Positions 49,518 to 59,718 of a stretch of 64,000 nucleotides of DNA are shown one piece after another; the stretch's first letter is position 1, and each line of letters opens with the position of its first letter. Position numbers and translations under genes: made by a program. The notes beneath the pieces were generated by a model. That model saw nothing but the letters and a program-made list of their open reading frames with translations. It searched no databases and was not told where the DNA came from. Source of the stretch: Spirochaetota bacterium (GTDB lineage Bacteria > Spirochaetota > UBA4802 > UBA5550); contig OY760686.1 in NCBI GenBank assembly GCA_963663865.1, positions 736,001 to 800,000 of the forward strand, written 5' to 3'.

Positions 49518-50882
49518 TCAATCCCTTACATTTCCCCTCGCGTACGAAAAGTAGATACCGCACAGGCACAGAGCCGCGGAAACCGAGAATGCGGTTCTGA
49601 CGGCGGACAGCATCGCCGGGATATTGTCCGCCGAGATTTTACTCTGGCCCAGAAACAGGGCAAAGATAAGGGTCGCGAATCCCATACTCATCATCTGACC
49701 AACAAGCCTCATCGTTCCCATTGTTGCCGAAGCAGTGCCCAGATGCCTTCCATGAACCGAGCTCATGATAGCATTCGTATTGGGTGACGCGAACAGTCCG
49801 AAACCTATTCCCTGAACGACAAGGCAGGATGCTATAAACAGAATGGATGTGGATTGGCTGATGAAGGCCATCGGGATAAGCCCCGCGGCCGAAACAGCCA
49901 TCCCGGCTGATGAGAGATATTTCGGCTCTATTCTATCGGACAGCCTGCCTGTCACCGGTGAAATGAAAGACATGATAAGGGGCTGTGATATGAGAATTAT
50001 GCCTGAAAATGACGCTGAATAGCCTTTCACAAACTGAAGATAGAGGCTTAAGAGAAATGTGACCGAAAAGGTAGCGCTGTAGTTTATAAGGGCAGCGAAG
50101 TTTGACATGGCAAAGGCAGTATTATTGCTGAAAAGCTTGATGTCAAGTACCGGATTATCTGATCTTTTCTCAAAGTAGATAAAGACCGCAAGAAGCGCCG
50201 CTCCCGCGAGCGTAAGGAATGCTCCCACCCTTCCCGGAAGCCTTGAAAAACCGTAAATGATGAGAGGCAGCGATACGGCGTAAAGCAATGACCCGGTAAA
50301 GTCAAAGCGCCCCCGTGAATCGCTTTGTGATTCGTGTTTAACTGTGAAGAAGACATGGGCAGCCAGCACGGCGCTTGCGGCTGAAAGAACCAGGAATATT
50401 GATCGCCATCCGAGGTGCTGGGCCAGAAGGCCGCCGGCAAAAGGGCCGGCCGACAGGCCCAGATACACGGCCGCGGCCGTTATTCCCAGTGAACGGCCGC
50501 GTTCCGACTTCGGGAATACGGAGGCAACCATTGCGACCCCGGTGGAAAAAATCATCGCGCTTCCGAGTCCGTGAATTGCCCTTGAAGCCAGCATGACCGC
50601 GGGCGACCAGGCGACAGCCGCAAGCAGTGATGAAACTGAAAAGATCATTATCCCCCAGATGAAAACTTTTCGGCGTCCTATTGAGTCGGCGGCTTTTCCG
50701 AGAGGGACGAGGAAAACCGCCGTCGAGAGCAGGTAAGCTGTTGATACCCATGTCATGGATACCGCTCCGAGATTCAGCGACTGGCCAATCGCGGGAAGGG
50801 CTATATTGACCGACGATCCCATAAATGGAGTCAAAAAGCTCGATATGGATGCTGCTATGAGAATGCTGTTTTTTTCTTTCAT
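49518..50882 (-). CDS. MFS transporter (DHA2-like, about 14 TM)
   Basis: SSVNIALPAI, GKAADSIGRRK, ERGRSLG, GWRSIF. Confidence 0.92.
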   Translation of the reverse strand: MKEKNSILIAASISSFLTPFMGSSVNIALPAIGQSLNLGAVSMTWVSTAYLLSTAVFLVPLGKAADSIGRRKVFIWGIMIFSVSSLLAAVAWSPAVMLASRAIHGLGSAMIFSTGVAMVASVFPKSERGRSLGITAAAVYLGLSAGPFAGGLLAQHLGWRSIFLVLSAASAVLAAHVFFTVKHESQSDSRGRFDFTGSLLYAVSLPLIIYGFSRLPGRVGAFLTLAGAALLAVFIYFEKRSDNPVLDIKLFSNNTAFAMSNFAALINYSATFSVTFLLSLYLQFVKGYSASFSGIILISQPLIMSFISPVTGRLSDRIEPKYLSSAGMAVSAAGLIPMAFISQSTSILFIASCLVVQGIGFGLFASPNTNAIMSSVHGRHLGTASATMGTMRLVGQMMSMGFATLIFALFLGQSKISADNIPAMLSAVRTAFSVSAALCLCGIYFSYARGNVRD

Positions 50883-51038
50883 GGTTATTTGCCTTTGGCG
50901 TCATTCTCCTGTCCGGAATTCTGCCGGCAAGTTCTTTTCTGGATGCTGACAACCCTGTTCTTTGTGAAGTGCTTGACATCGAAATATGTTCTGTTAGGCT
51001 ATTGAAGCCTCTACCACATTCATAACAGGTGACATCCC

Positions 51039-53567
51039 ATGAATAATACCTCATTAAATAGTCTTTACGACTTTTACAAATCACGGTGCGAGCTTTTCCA
51101 CTCTGAAATCCTGTTTGATAACACAATTACCTATGGAGAAGCATGGAATTTAGCCTCAGCCAGGGCAGCTTACCTGCGCAAGCAGGGAGTAAAGAAAGGC
51201 GATGTGATTGCCCTTCTGGCGGCAAACAATCCTGAATGGTGCATAACCTACATGTCGATTACCATGATGGGGGCTATTGTGCTCCCTCTTGATCCCAATC
51301 TTCCGGCCAAAAGCTACCCCGACATGCTGAAAGCTGTTAAGTGCAAAGCTGCCTTCGTATCTGACGGGTACAAAAAGGTTTTGAAACAGGTAAAGCTGTA
51401 TCCTGTAAGCTTCAGCAAAGCGGTTGATTACAGGCTGCATTTTACTCCACCGAGACTGTCGCGGGACGATGTCGCGTCGTATGTATTTACTTCGGGGACA
51501 ACCGGAAAGTCGAAGATTGTGATGCTGTCTCACGCGAACGTTTTTACTACCGCAATTGGTATGGCCGAGTACGAAAACTTTAAGCCCGGGGATATCAACC
51601 TGTGTATTCTGCCCCTTTTTCACGTGTATGCTCTTTGTGCCAACTTTACCGGTCCCTTTGCCTGCGGAGGCGCATTCGTCTTTCAGCCTTCGCTCAAGGG
51701 GCCTGATATAATAAAAAGCCTTGCCGACAATCCGATAACCGTTTTCCCGGCAGCACCGGCTCTCTGGGAGCTATTCATGGACAGCATTGTTCAGAAGGTA
51801 AAGGCTGAGTCTTCTCTCAAGTTCGCGGTTTTCAGCTTTTTCCTGAATAACGCCCATGTGCTGAGGTCCATAGGGCTCGGGTTTATTGTTAACAAGATAT
51901 TCCATCCGATTCATGCCATGTTCGGTCTGTCGCACCGCTTCTTTATAAGCGGAGGGGCGCCGCTTAAGTCTAAGTATGTCAAATATTACAGGAATATGGG
52001 CTTCACCCTTGTTGAGGGATACGGCCTGACAGAAACAACCGGGCCGATAGCGATCCCGCATTATCGCGCGAATGTACCCGGCTCTGTCGGCCGGCCGGCT
52101 GTAAATAACTACGTTAAACTTAAAAATCCGAACGAGGAAGGCATCGGGGAGATATGGCTTAAGGGTGACAGCGTAATGTTGGGTTATTACAAGAATCCTA
52201 AAGCCAACAGGGAGGCCTTCGATGAGGAACGCTATTTTAACACAGGCGACCTTGGCCGGCTTGACAGGGATGGGAATATCTTCATTACCGGAAGGGTTAA
52301 AAACGTTATTGTTCTGTCGTCCGGGAAAAACGTCTATCCTGAGGAACTTGAGTCTTACTATAAACAGTCAGACAAGATAGCGGAAATAGCCGTTTTCGGC
52401 ATTGAGGACAGGGGGGGCGAGGTTCCGTATGCCGTTGTTGTTCCAAGGCGAAAGGATCCAAATGCTTTCAATACAATCAAAGAGGAGTTCCGAAAACTCA
52501 ATCAGGGGCTTCCTGACTATAAAATGGTCAACAGCTTCGCGATTTCACTTGATACTCTGCCGGTGAATACAACAAGAAAGCTTCTATACAATGAGATAAA
52601 GAAAAACCTTGAGGCCGGAGCGTACCAGGCTGATGAGTCTGAGAATGCCGTTCCCCGCGCGGTGCTTGCAGCGAAGTCTCCCGTCGAGGAAGCAGTAATC
52701 AACACACTTCGCAAGAGGCTTAAGGCAGGTGAGCTTTACGCGGCTCAGACTTTCAGAGACTTTAAAATTGACTCTCTCGGGCTTGTTGACCTGAGCGTTT
52801 ATCTTGAAGAGGCCCTTTCTGTCAGCATCGACCTGGGCAGGCTAAAGTCCGCGGAAACGCTTCAGGATGTCGTAAACTATATCGCGGGGCTTGGGAAAAC
52901 GGGCGGCAAGTCAATGGACAGCTACATATTCAACAGCCCGATTAAGGTAAAGTTCAAAAGATATTTCAATCCGATGCATCATGTAATGATAGGACTGCTG
53001 AAGTTTATATCCACGCGTCTCTGGAAGGTGAAGGTTGAAAATTCTGAGGCTCTAAAATGCGAAAATTGTATAATAATAGCAAACCATGAGTCCTATCTCG
53101 ATATGGTATGGCTTTCCTTCGCTTTCCCAAGGTCTTCCAGACGCAATATCTTTATAACGGGCAAGAAAAAGATGAAGCTTCTTAACTTCCTTCTGCCGAC
53201 TCTTCCTGTCATCTGGATAGACGAGGACAATACCATGGATGTTCTGAAGTTTAGCGCCGATGTGCTGCGTTCCGGAAAAAGCCTTCTGATTTTTCCGGAG
53301 GGCACGCGGACTCCTGACGGCGACATCCAGCCCTTTAAAACAGGGGCTGCTTATCTGGCAAAGAATCTCGGCGTTACAGTTATTCCGGTTACGGTAAACG
53401 GAGCCTACGAGATATGGCCGAGAGACAAAAAGCTTCCGAGATTTCATGGAGGCCTTACGGGCTCTCTGACAGTCGGCGAGCCGATTGATCCTTCCAGGTA
53501 CAGGAGCGTTGACGCCCTGAACAGGGCCATGCAGAAGGCTGTTTCCCGCGGTTTGGACAGAAAATAG
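51039..53567 (+). CDS. Long-chain acyl-CoA/ACP synthetase fused to acyl carrier and PlsC-type acyltransferase domains
   Basis: FTSGTTG, EGYGLTE, TGDLG; IDSLG (phosphopantetheine Ser); NHESYLD and FPEGTR. Confidence 0.92.
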   Translation: MNNTSLNSLYDFYKSRCELFHSEILFDNTITYGEAWNLASARAAYLRKQGVKKGDVIALLAANNPEWCITYMSITMMGAIVLPLDPNLPAKSYPDMLKAVKCKAAFVSDGYKKVLKQVKLYPVSFSKAVDYRLHFTPPRLSRDDVASYVFTSGTTGKSKIVMLSHANVFTTAIGMAEYENFKPGDINLCILPLFHVYALCANFTGPFACGGAFVFQPSLKGPDIIKSLADNPITVFPAAPALWELFMDSIVQKVKAESSLKFAVFSFFLNNAHVLRSIGLGFIVNKIFHPIHAMFGLSHRFFISGGAPLKSKYVKYYRNMGFTLVEGYGLTETTGPIAIPHYRANVPGSVGRPAVNNYVKLKNPNEEGIGEIWLKGDSVMLGYYKNPKANREAFDEERYFNTGDLGRLDRDGNIFITGRVKNVIVLSSGKNVYPEELESYYKQSDKIAEIAVFGIEDRGGEVPYAVVVPRRKDPNAFNTIKEEFRKLNQGLPDYKMVNSFAISLDTLPVNTTRKLLYNEIKKNLEAGAYQADESENAVPRAVLAAKSPVEEAVINTLRKRLKAGELYAAQTFRDFKIDSLGLVDLSVYLEEALSVSIDLGRLKSAETLQDVVNYIAGLGKTGGKSMDSYIFNSPIKVKFKRYFNPMHHVMIGLLKFISTRLWKVKVENSEALKCENCIIIANHESYLDMVWLSFAFPRSSRRNIFITGKKKMKLLNFLLPTLPVIWIDEDNTMDVLKFSADVLRSGKSLLIFPEGTRTPDGDIQPFKTGAAYLAKNLGVTVIPVTVNGAYEIWPRDKKLPRFHGGLTGSLTVGEPIDPSRYRSVDALNRAMQKAVSRGLDRK

Positions 53568-53578
53568 AGAATAACGAG

Positions 53579-53610
53579 GCGCTTTCGGCTGAGCTGAAAG
53601 CGCTTTTTTT
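53579..53610 (+). terminator. Intrinsic terminator
   Basis: GCGCTTTCGG...CTGAAAGCGC stem followed by T7. Confidence 0.8.
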
Positions 53611-53706
53611 ATCTCCGCGAGTCTGTCTTTCGGCTTAATGCCGCATCCCTTACATGTCTGCTTGTGCAGTATCCTTCCTCCAGCTATGTAAAAAAATAAA
53701 AAAATG

Positions 53707-53739
53707 TTGACATGTAAGCATAAAGTTAGTTATTGCTAA
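53707..53739 (+). promoter_or_regulatory. Promoter of the hmuY-TonB operon with a TTAG-N6-CTAA operator
   Basis: TTGACA at 53707; TTAGTTATTGCTAA at 53726-53739 covers the expected -10 position. Confidence 0.6.
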
Positions 53740-53829
53740 TTATGATGTAGGCGCATAACATCATTCGAGCTTTATAATATATATTTTTATCAGGATGCCT
53801 GATATATAATGAATGAAAGAGGTTATTAA

Positions 53830-54576
53830 ATGTACAAAAATAAAAAAAACGCGGGCAAGTGTTTTTTGTGCACTTTCGTCTTTGCTTTATTGTCTTTGAC
53901 CGGCTGTTTTTCTGACAATGATGAAAGTGGAGACAGTTCAGCTCCCGATGTTGTTCAAGCGGAGCTGCCTTTTATTGTATGCGCAAACCGAAATCCGGGC
54001 GGGGTGGGTGTCGATTTAGACAGCGGTGAAGCTTATAATATCGATGATAATCCTGATTTTGACTGGGATTTCCGGATTAAAGCTTTCAAGGGAGTTCAGG
54101 GGACTGACGGTGAGCCTGCTCTTGCGGGGGCGCCTTTCATTAAGCTGAAGGGGACAGCGGTAATGGCTGCTGTATGGCAGGGAGCCGGCGAAGCAGAGTA
54201 TAGCTCCATTTTACTTGCCGATGTGACAGGGCTCGAGCTCTCGCCCGACGGTTATGAGGAGATTGATCTTTCTGCTGTTGACGTCGTTCAGGAGGGAGAG
54301 TTTACGCAGGCTCAGCTTGAGAGCGGAAACTGCGCGGTTGGGAATTACTACTATGCCTGGTCAGGAAAAAACGGCCTGAAACAGGAGTACGCGAAATGCG
54401 CTGTTGGCGAAAGCTGGAAGTCAACCTCGTCTAACACCGATCATACCGATGATATCATCTATATTATTAAAAGTGACAGTGGTTCGTTTTTTAAGGTCAA
54501 GGTGCCTAACTTCGGCCCTAAAAGCGATCTCGGAGAGAGCGGCTATTGCGAACTGGTCTGGGAAAAACTACAATAG
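53830..54576 (+). CDS. HmuY-like lipoprotein
   Basis: Lipobox LTGC; GVDLDSG, DWDF, IYIIKSDSGSFFKVKV; directly upstream of a TonB-dependent receptor. Confidence 0.65.
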   Translation: MYKNKKNAGKCFLCTFVFALLSLTGCFSDNDESGDSSAPDVVQAELPFIVCANRNPGGVGVDLDSGEAYNIDDNPDFDWDFRIKAFKGVQGTDGEPALAGAPFIKLKGTAVMAAVWQGAGEAEYSSILLADVTGLELSPDGYEEIDLSAVDVVQEGEFTQAQLESGNCAVGNYYYAWSGKNGLKQEYAKCAVGESWKSTSSNTDHTDDIIYIIKSDSGSFFKVKVPNFGPKSDLGESGYCELVWEKLQ

Positions 54577-54776
54577 AATAAGCTGCGGTTGAAGAGTAGG
54601 CGCTTCATTGGCCGCCTGATCTTCAACCGAGGTCAGCCTCGTTGGATTGGGTTGTGCTGAAAAGCTCGGATGCAAATATGATAAACGCTTCGGAGCGGGT
54701 ACTTTCATGAACAGACTTATTGTGATTACCTTCATATATCCGCGGGGCGAATTGGATAACAAAACAGGAATTAGTA

Positions 54777-56939
54777 ATGAGATTAACAAAAGCTGTATAT
54801 CTTTTGGTCTTTGCAGTTTTCGGCTATCGGGGTTACGCTGCTGAGCTGGGAAAAACAAATGAGCCTCAGAAGGTAGACTTTGTTGTTAAGCAATCAGAAA
54901 TCAAGACTGATGCCAGCAAAGGGCTCGAAAAAGATAAAGCTGAGACAATTATAATCAGCGCCGATAGAATTGGGAAAAGCAGCGGTGATATGTCGCTTTC
55001 TTCAGCGGTCGTAAGCTCTGAAGACATTGATGAGAAAATGTATACGAGCATGTCTGATCTTCTTGAGAGCACTCCAGGCTTTTCAAGGGTTTATGATTAT
55101 CACTCTCCTTTTATTTTACGGGGCTCAAGCGGAACAAAAATGCTTATTTTGCGAACCAACAATCCTGTGTTCAGCTCATTTCCGGGTGGATTTATGGGGC
55201 AGAGTGTAAATATTTATGAGCTTGAGCGTGTTGAGGTCATAAGGGGGCCCGGTTCTGTTATCTATGGGTCCGGAGCGACCTGCGGTATTATCAATATTAT
55301 TGATAGGGATGTCTTTAAGTCCAAGGAGTACGGATTTGAGGGGGGAGCTTCGTATGGCAGCAACGGCAGTTCGCGAATGATAACCGGAAGCGGTTACGTT
55401 AACAACGGAAGCTTTGCCATGAGAGCCACTGGACGATACCGCAAATCGGATAACTATGAATACGGTGGTGGTGAAGAGGCACTAAACAGCTTTCATGAGG
55501 ACAGGGATATGTCGCTAAACGCCGGATACAGGTTTAATGATAATCATAAAATTTACCTCAGAGGGGCTGCTCACTACGGGGGGCCCTGGGGCAAGGCGTA
55601 TGGTTTTAACAATAAGGAACAGATGATGGCAAGGAATGAGGACGATGCCCTCGTGGACTTTTCAGGAAGGTATGAGGGAGATGAAGTCGGTTTTTTTGAT
55701 AAAATACTCATGTCCGGGTATTACAGCAGGGAGACCCGCGAGTATCACAATATGAAGATGAATTCCACGCTGTCTAAAATCAACTTTGAGGATGTTACTG
55801 ATTATAAAAACATATACTATGGTGGGAGTGTTCTTGGCGCTGTTTCAGCCGGAGCGAACTACATCAGCTTCGGTGTGGACAGCTACTCAGTCCGACTATG
55901 GAACCCGGTTAAAACAATCGATCACTACAATTATACCGAACCTCAGGTAATCTATGAGGAGGAAGGGGCTCAGGGTGCCGGAACGTCATCGGCGGGGGCT
56001 TTTGCCCAGAATGTCATATCAATAACTGAAAGTCTTTCCTTTTCGGGGGGTATCAGGGGCGACTATTCTGTTATCTCGGAGGGCGATAACTATACCGGCG
56101 ACAGCGAACTCAGTGAATCAAGAAATGCTCTCAGCGCCAATGCCGGATTCGTCTTTAGGGCGGCCGACAATCATAGCCTGACGTTGAATCTGGGAAGAGC
56201 CTTTCGTATGCCTGACGCTGTGGACATGTTTAGTGAACAGGTAACCTGTCAGGGCACGATTTCACCCAATCCGGATCTTAAGCCTGAATACAGCTGGAAC
56301 ATAGATGCCGGTTATAACGGTAAGATTGGAGGACTCTCATGGGAGTTGTCTCTTTTCTCTAACCAGTACACTGACCTGATCGTAAAGACAGAGGATCCGG
56401 ATAATCCCGATGGGCAGGTTATGGGTAACGAGGATATCGCCAGAATTATGGGGGGCGAGTTTGTGCTTGGATACATCAGAAACGATGTGATTGCAAAAGG
56501 CCTTAGCGTAAAACCCGGAATGTCCGCGTCGTACTGCGTTGGCGGCTCGTTCGGCAGTACCGGCGGGCAATGGGATTTTACACGGCTGGGGGACCCGCTT
56601 GAGGGGGTTCCGCCCGCAAGAATTAAACCCTATATCCGGTTCATGTATCAGGGAATAGAGGACTGCGGATATTTCCTTGAGTTGGAATTTGATTATTCAC
56701 TGAAAAAGACAAGGCTTTCAGAGGAAAAGAGTGAAGCTTCGTGGAGCAATGAGGATGTTTCTGCTTATTCCCTGTTCAATATAACAGCGGGAATGAGTTT
56801 ATGCGAATATGCCGGACTTGAGGAGATCAAGCTCAACATCGCGGTTTCGAACCTGTTTGACTCCACATATTACAGCTTTGGTTCGCACGTACCCGGCAAG
56901 GGCCGTGACGTGAAGGTATTTACGAGTTTTTCGTTCTGA
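54777..56939 (+). CDS. TonB-dependent outer-membrane receptor (heme/metal chelate)
   Basis: ERVEVIRGPGSVIYGSGA plug motif, FRMPD, NPDLKPE, NLFD, C-terminal Phe. Confidence 0.93.
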   Translation: MRLTKAVYLLVFAVFGYRGYAAELGKTNEPQKVDFVVKQSEIKTDASKGLEKDKAETIIISADRIGKSSGDMSLSSAVVSSEDIDEKMYTSMSDLLESTPGFSRVYDYHSPFILRGSSGTKMLILRTNNPVFSSFPGGFMGQSVNIYELERVEVIRGPGSVIYGSGATCGIINIIDRDVFKSKEYGFEGGASYGSNGSSRMITGSGYVNNGSFAMRATGRYRKSDNYEYGGGEEALNSFHEDRDMSLNAGYRFNDNHKIYLRGAAHYGGPWGKAYGFNNKEQMMARNEDDALVDFSGRYEGDEVGFFDKILMSGYYSRETREYHNMKMNSTLSKINFEDVTDYKNIYYGGSVLGAVSAGANYISFGVDSYSVRLWNPVKTIDHYNYTEPQVIYEEEGAQGAGTSSAGAFAQNVISITESLSFSGGIRGDYSVISEGDNYTGDSELSESRNALSANAGFVFRAADNHSLTLNLGRAFRMPDAVDMFSEQVTCQGTISPNPDLKPEYSWNIDAGYNGKIGGLSWELSLFSNQYTDLIVKTEDPDNPDGQVMGNEDIARIMGGEFVLGYIRNDVIAKGLSVKPGMSASYCVGGSFGSTGGQWDFTRLGDPLEGVPPARIKPYIRFMYQGIEDCGYFLELEFDYSLKKTRLSEEKSEASWSNEDVSAYSLFNITAGMSLCEYAGLEEIKLNIAVSNLFDSTYYSFGSHVPGKGRDVKVFTSFSF

Positions 56940-57146
56940 ACAGCTTTATATGCCCGGCGTCGTTTTTTCGGTCTGTGGATGAACTCCTGTTGAGTAACAC
57001 GGTTTTATATTTTGTAGAGTATTTATATCCAGTTAGTCATAGCGATAATACTGTAATTGACAGCAGAGCTTTCACCAAAATGAGGCCTAAAAGCCTGGCG
57101 TAATATTGGATTTAGAATAATATGAATAATAAAAGGAGATAGTAAG

Positions 57147-57860
57147 ATGCAAAAAAGAATGATTGCCATCGCGGCATTAGTCTTGTTGGTTATTCCCGGA
57201 TGCGGTGAGAAGAAAAGCACTGAAACGGTGCTGGCAGGAATCAAGGGGGGGCTGCTGGATGCAAAACAGATCAGCGGGGCGACTGAAATCAGGTCAAATA
57301 TCCTCAAGGTTATTAAAACCAGAGGGGGCAGTGTAGAAGAGCTTGATTTTGCCGGAGCCGTTGTTGAGCAGGCAGGGACACCGGGTGAGAAGGTTTGCCT
57401 CTGTCAGGCGATTGGTTTCAGGGTAGCGCAGCTTGCGGCGCAGGCATGGGATGACGGTATATTCAGAAGCTATGAGATTGAAAAAATACGTACCGGGTGG
57501 AATTCAGACGGGCCTTATGAAATGTTTTCGGACAGGGAATTTCACGGTGAAAAAGGAAACCTGCTTATTCCCGGAGAAAAGATACAGATTTCAGACAGAA
57601 ATGGCGGGAAGCCCACTCCCGGAAAATCACTCGGGGTGAATGACCTCTGGTATGAGATAACCTTTTCGGGAGGATTGAAAATGTTCTTCAACGCGGTTGA
57701 TGGGGATAAGGCGATTTTTACACCCGATTACATGGAACTCCGAAGCGAATACCAGAATGGCAATCTTGATATCGCAGGCAGGCTGAAGGCTGAAAGAAAG
57801 GTAGTAGAATCAAATGTATCTGCGCTGCCATTTTCGGGAATTGCGGTTAAAGTTAAATAG
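57147..57860 (+). CDS. Lipoprotein with a possible FmdE-like metal-binding motif
   Basis: Lipobox IPGC; VCLCQAIGFRVAQLA resembles the FmdE C....GxR helix. Confidence 0.55.
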   Translation: MQKRMIAIAALVLLVIPGCGEKKSTETVLAGIKGGLLDAKQISGATEIRSNILKVIKTRGGSVEELDFAGAVVEQAGTPGEKVCLCQAIGFRVAQLAAQAWDDGIFRSYEIEKIRTGWNSDGPYEMFSDREFHGEKGNLLIPGEKIQISDRNGGKPTPGKSLGVNDLWYEITFSGGLKMFFNAVDGDKAIFTPDYMELRSEYQNGNLDIAGRLKAERKVVESNVSALPFSGIAVKVK

Positions 57861-58051
57861 AGTTCAGAACAATCAGTATATAGCTTCAGTGGGGGCCCCG
57901 GTTGCCCCCACAATTAAGGGTGCAAAATGATTGTGTATATGAAAAAGATTAAGCCTCCGATTTCTGTGTTTTTTCAGCCTCTTTCAGGGCTCTGTGTGCA
58001 GCCCTTTTCATTTGGGCTTCCGTTGACAAGAAGTACTTTCATTTGAGCACC

Positions 58052-58462
58052 TCAGAACTTTCCTTCAAAGTAATCTTCAAGAATCTTCCTGTGATCAAAA
58101 GCCATCTCTGCTGGAATGCTGTCTTCTTTTATTAGCAGTATGTCCTTAGCGTCGTCGGCGGCCACTGGAGTCCCGGTCGCGTCAGCGATGAAAACTGTGC
58201 TTATGGTATGCTGTCTCGGGTCGCGTGACGGTTCGGAATAGGTGTGCATCTGCCGCACAAGAGTCACGTTTAACGATGTCTCTTCCATGGCTTCCCTGAC
58301 TGCGGCGGTTTCAAGCGACTCCCCGTAGTCCACAAAGCCTCCCGGAAGCGCCCACCCCGGCGGAGGATTTTTTCTTGAGATCAGGACTACATGTTCATTA
58401 TTACCTTCATCGACGAGCCTGATTATTATATCAACGGTTGGTACCGGATTTTTGTATTTCAT
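58052..58462 (-). CDS. Nudix hydrolase (ADP-ribose pyrophosphatase-like)
   Basis: [32 protein letters not shown]. Confidence 0.93.
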   Translation of the reverse strand: MKYKNPVPTVDIIIRLVDEGNNEHVVLISRKNPPPGWALPGGFVDYGESLETAAVREAMEETSLNVTLVRQMHTYSEPSRDPRQHTISTVFIADATGTPVAADDAKDILLIKEDSIPAEMAFDHRKILEDYFEGKF

Positions 58463-59622
58463 TTCCTGTTTTCCTCAAGGTATTTAATGAGTACTATCTG
58501 GTTTCCCTTATCATTAAATGAGACGTGGTCAAATGTATTTTTTATTATCTGAAGCCCCATTCCGTGATAATTCCTCGCGGCGTATTCACCGAAAGCTCCG
58601 GGAGGCGAGTCCATGAAATATTTCCAGTCGAACCCCTCACCTTCATCAGTAATTGTATATGTGACTTTGTCATCCTTAAGTGAATAATAGACCAGCACCT
58701 TTTTTGATTCGGCATTTTCAGCATGTGAGTGATTAAGGGCGTTTTCCCAGTAGTTTCCTTCTTTTTTCTTCAGCTCGGCTTTCTTCTCAAAGTCAATCCC
58801 CAGATTGCCGTGTTCAACAGCGTTCGTAATAGCCTCCTGGAGAGCGCTTCTGATTTGAAGCACCCTGTTGGTTGGCAGTTTGCCGATGAGATTCCTCGTC
58901 AGCCTGCTGCTGAGAAGCGTTATCCCCGGAAAAACCGAATCGACAATATAGGTAGCGTCTTCGCGGTTCAGCCATTCTCTGGATATAAAGTCGTCGTCGA
59001 GGATTTTGGCCGTCAGAAGAATATGCGAAGTTGTTCCGTTTTTCAGCCGCGGGATGAGGGATGCGTGAATATTCAGCTTTTCTCCAGATACGAGGTCTGT
59101 CTTCAGCTGGCAGATAAATTCGGTTCGCTTGCCTTCAAAAGACTCTCTGAGTTTATCAAGAATAAGGCCGTCAACATCGCCCTCCTCAGCAATAGTCTTA
59201 ATAAAATCTCTTACAGGTTTTCCGACAAAGCTGTTGATGTCGGCGAAAAGGATGGGAGAAAGCGAGCTGTTTCCCCTTAGAATTGCACCGTAGCTGTCGA
59301 GCAGCAGAAACAGCTTGCCGGAGGCTTTTTCAAGGAATTCAGTGTATTCTATTTCCTGTTTCATCGCGGACTTGAGACGTTTGAGCCGCAAATGCAGAAA
59401 GAGAGGGATGTTAATTATTATAAGAGCGCAAAGAGGCAGCACGGTCAGCCCGGGCCAGGAAGCAGTAAAGCCGCCCTGTCTGAGACAGCAGAGAAACAGA
59501 GATGTGTAGAAAACTATAGACACCGCGGTGAAAATAAGCAGTATCTTCTGGCAGTGTTCCAGATTGTCTGTGATTTTGATTGTAAGTTTCTTCAGCTCTG
59601 CTGTCATGTTTGCTCTTTCCAT
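58459..59622 (-). CDS. Membrane protein with PAS-like and RsbW-type HATPase domains
   Basis: Two TM helices, PAS-like region, [28 protein letters not shown]. Confidence 0.8.
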   Translation of the reverse strand: MERANMTAELKKLTIKITDNLEHCQKILLIFTAVSIVFYTSLFLCCLRQGGFTASWPGLTVLPLCALIIINIPLFLHLRLKRLKSAMKQEIEYTEFLEKASGKLFLLLDSYGAILRGNSSLSPILFADINSFVGKPVRDFIKTIAEEGDVDGLILDKLRESFEGKRTEFICQLKTDLVSGEKLNIHASLIPRLKNGTTSHILLTAKILDDDFISREWLNREDATYIVDSVFPGITLLSSRLTRNLIGKLPTNRVLQIRSALQEAITNAVEHGNLGIDFEKKAELKKKEGNYWENALNHSHAENAESKKVLVYYSLKDDKVTYTITDEGEGFDWKYFMDSPPGAFGEYAARNYHGMGLQIIKNTFDHVSFNDKGNQIVLIKYLEENRK

Positions 59623-59718
59623 GAATGCCGCCTGGGCGGATTATTTCGTTATTATGCGGCACTCGTCTTTAAAAAGCAACTAAAAAAATTTAAATATACA
59701 TATGATGCCGGGGGGAAG

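Noticed and set aside
50338-51126. 262-aa minus-strand ORF and similar overlapping ORFs within leuS, lon, cyaA and rhs
   Set aside because: Alternate-frame or antisense shadows of well-supported genes, with no recognisable motifs.
54577-54776. Cobalamin riboswitch upstream of the TonB receptor
   Set aside because: No B12-box or other conserved cobalamin riboswitch elements visible; only a simple hairpin.
57032-57050. Third TTAG-N6-CTAA operator upstream of 57147
   Set aside because: Only the left half matches (TTAGtcatagCGAT).
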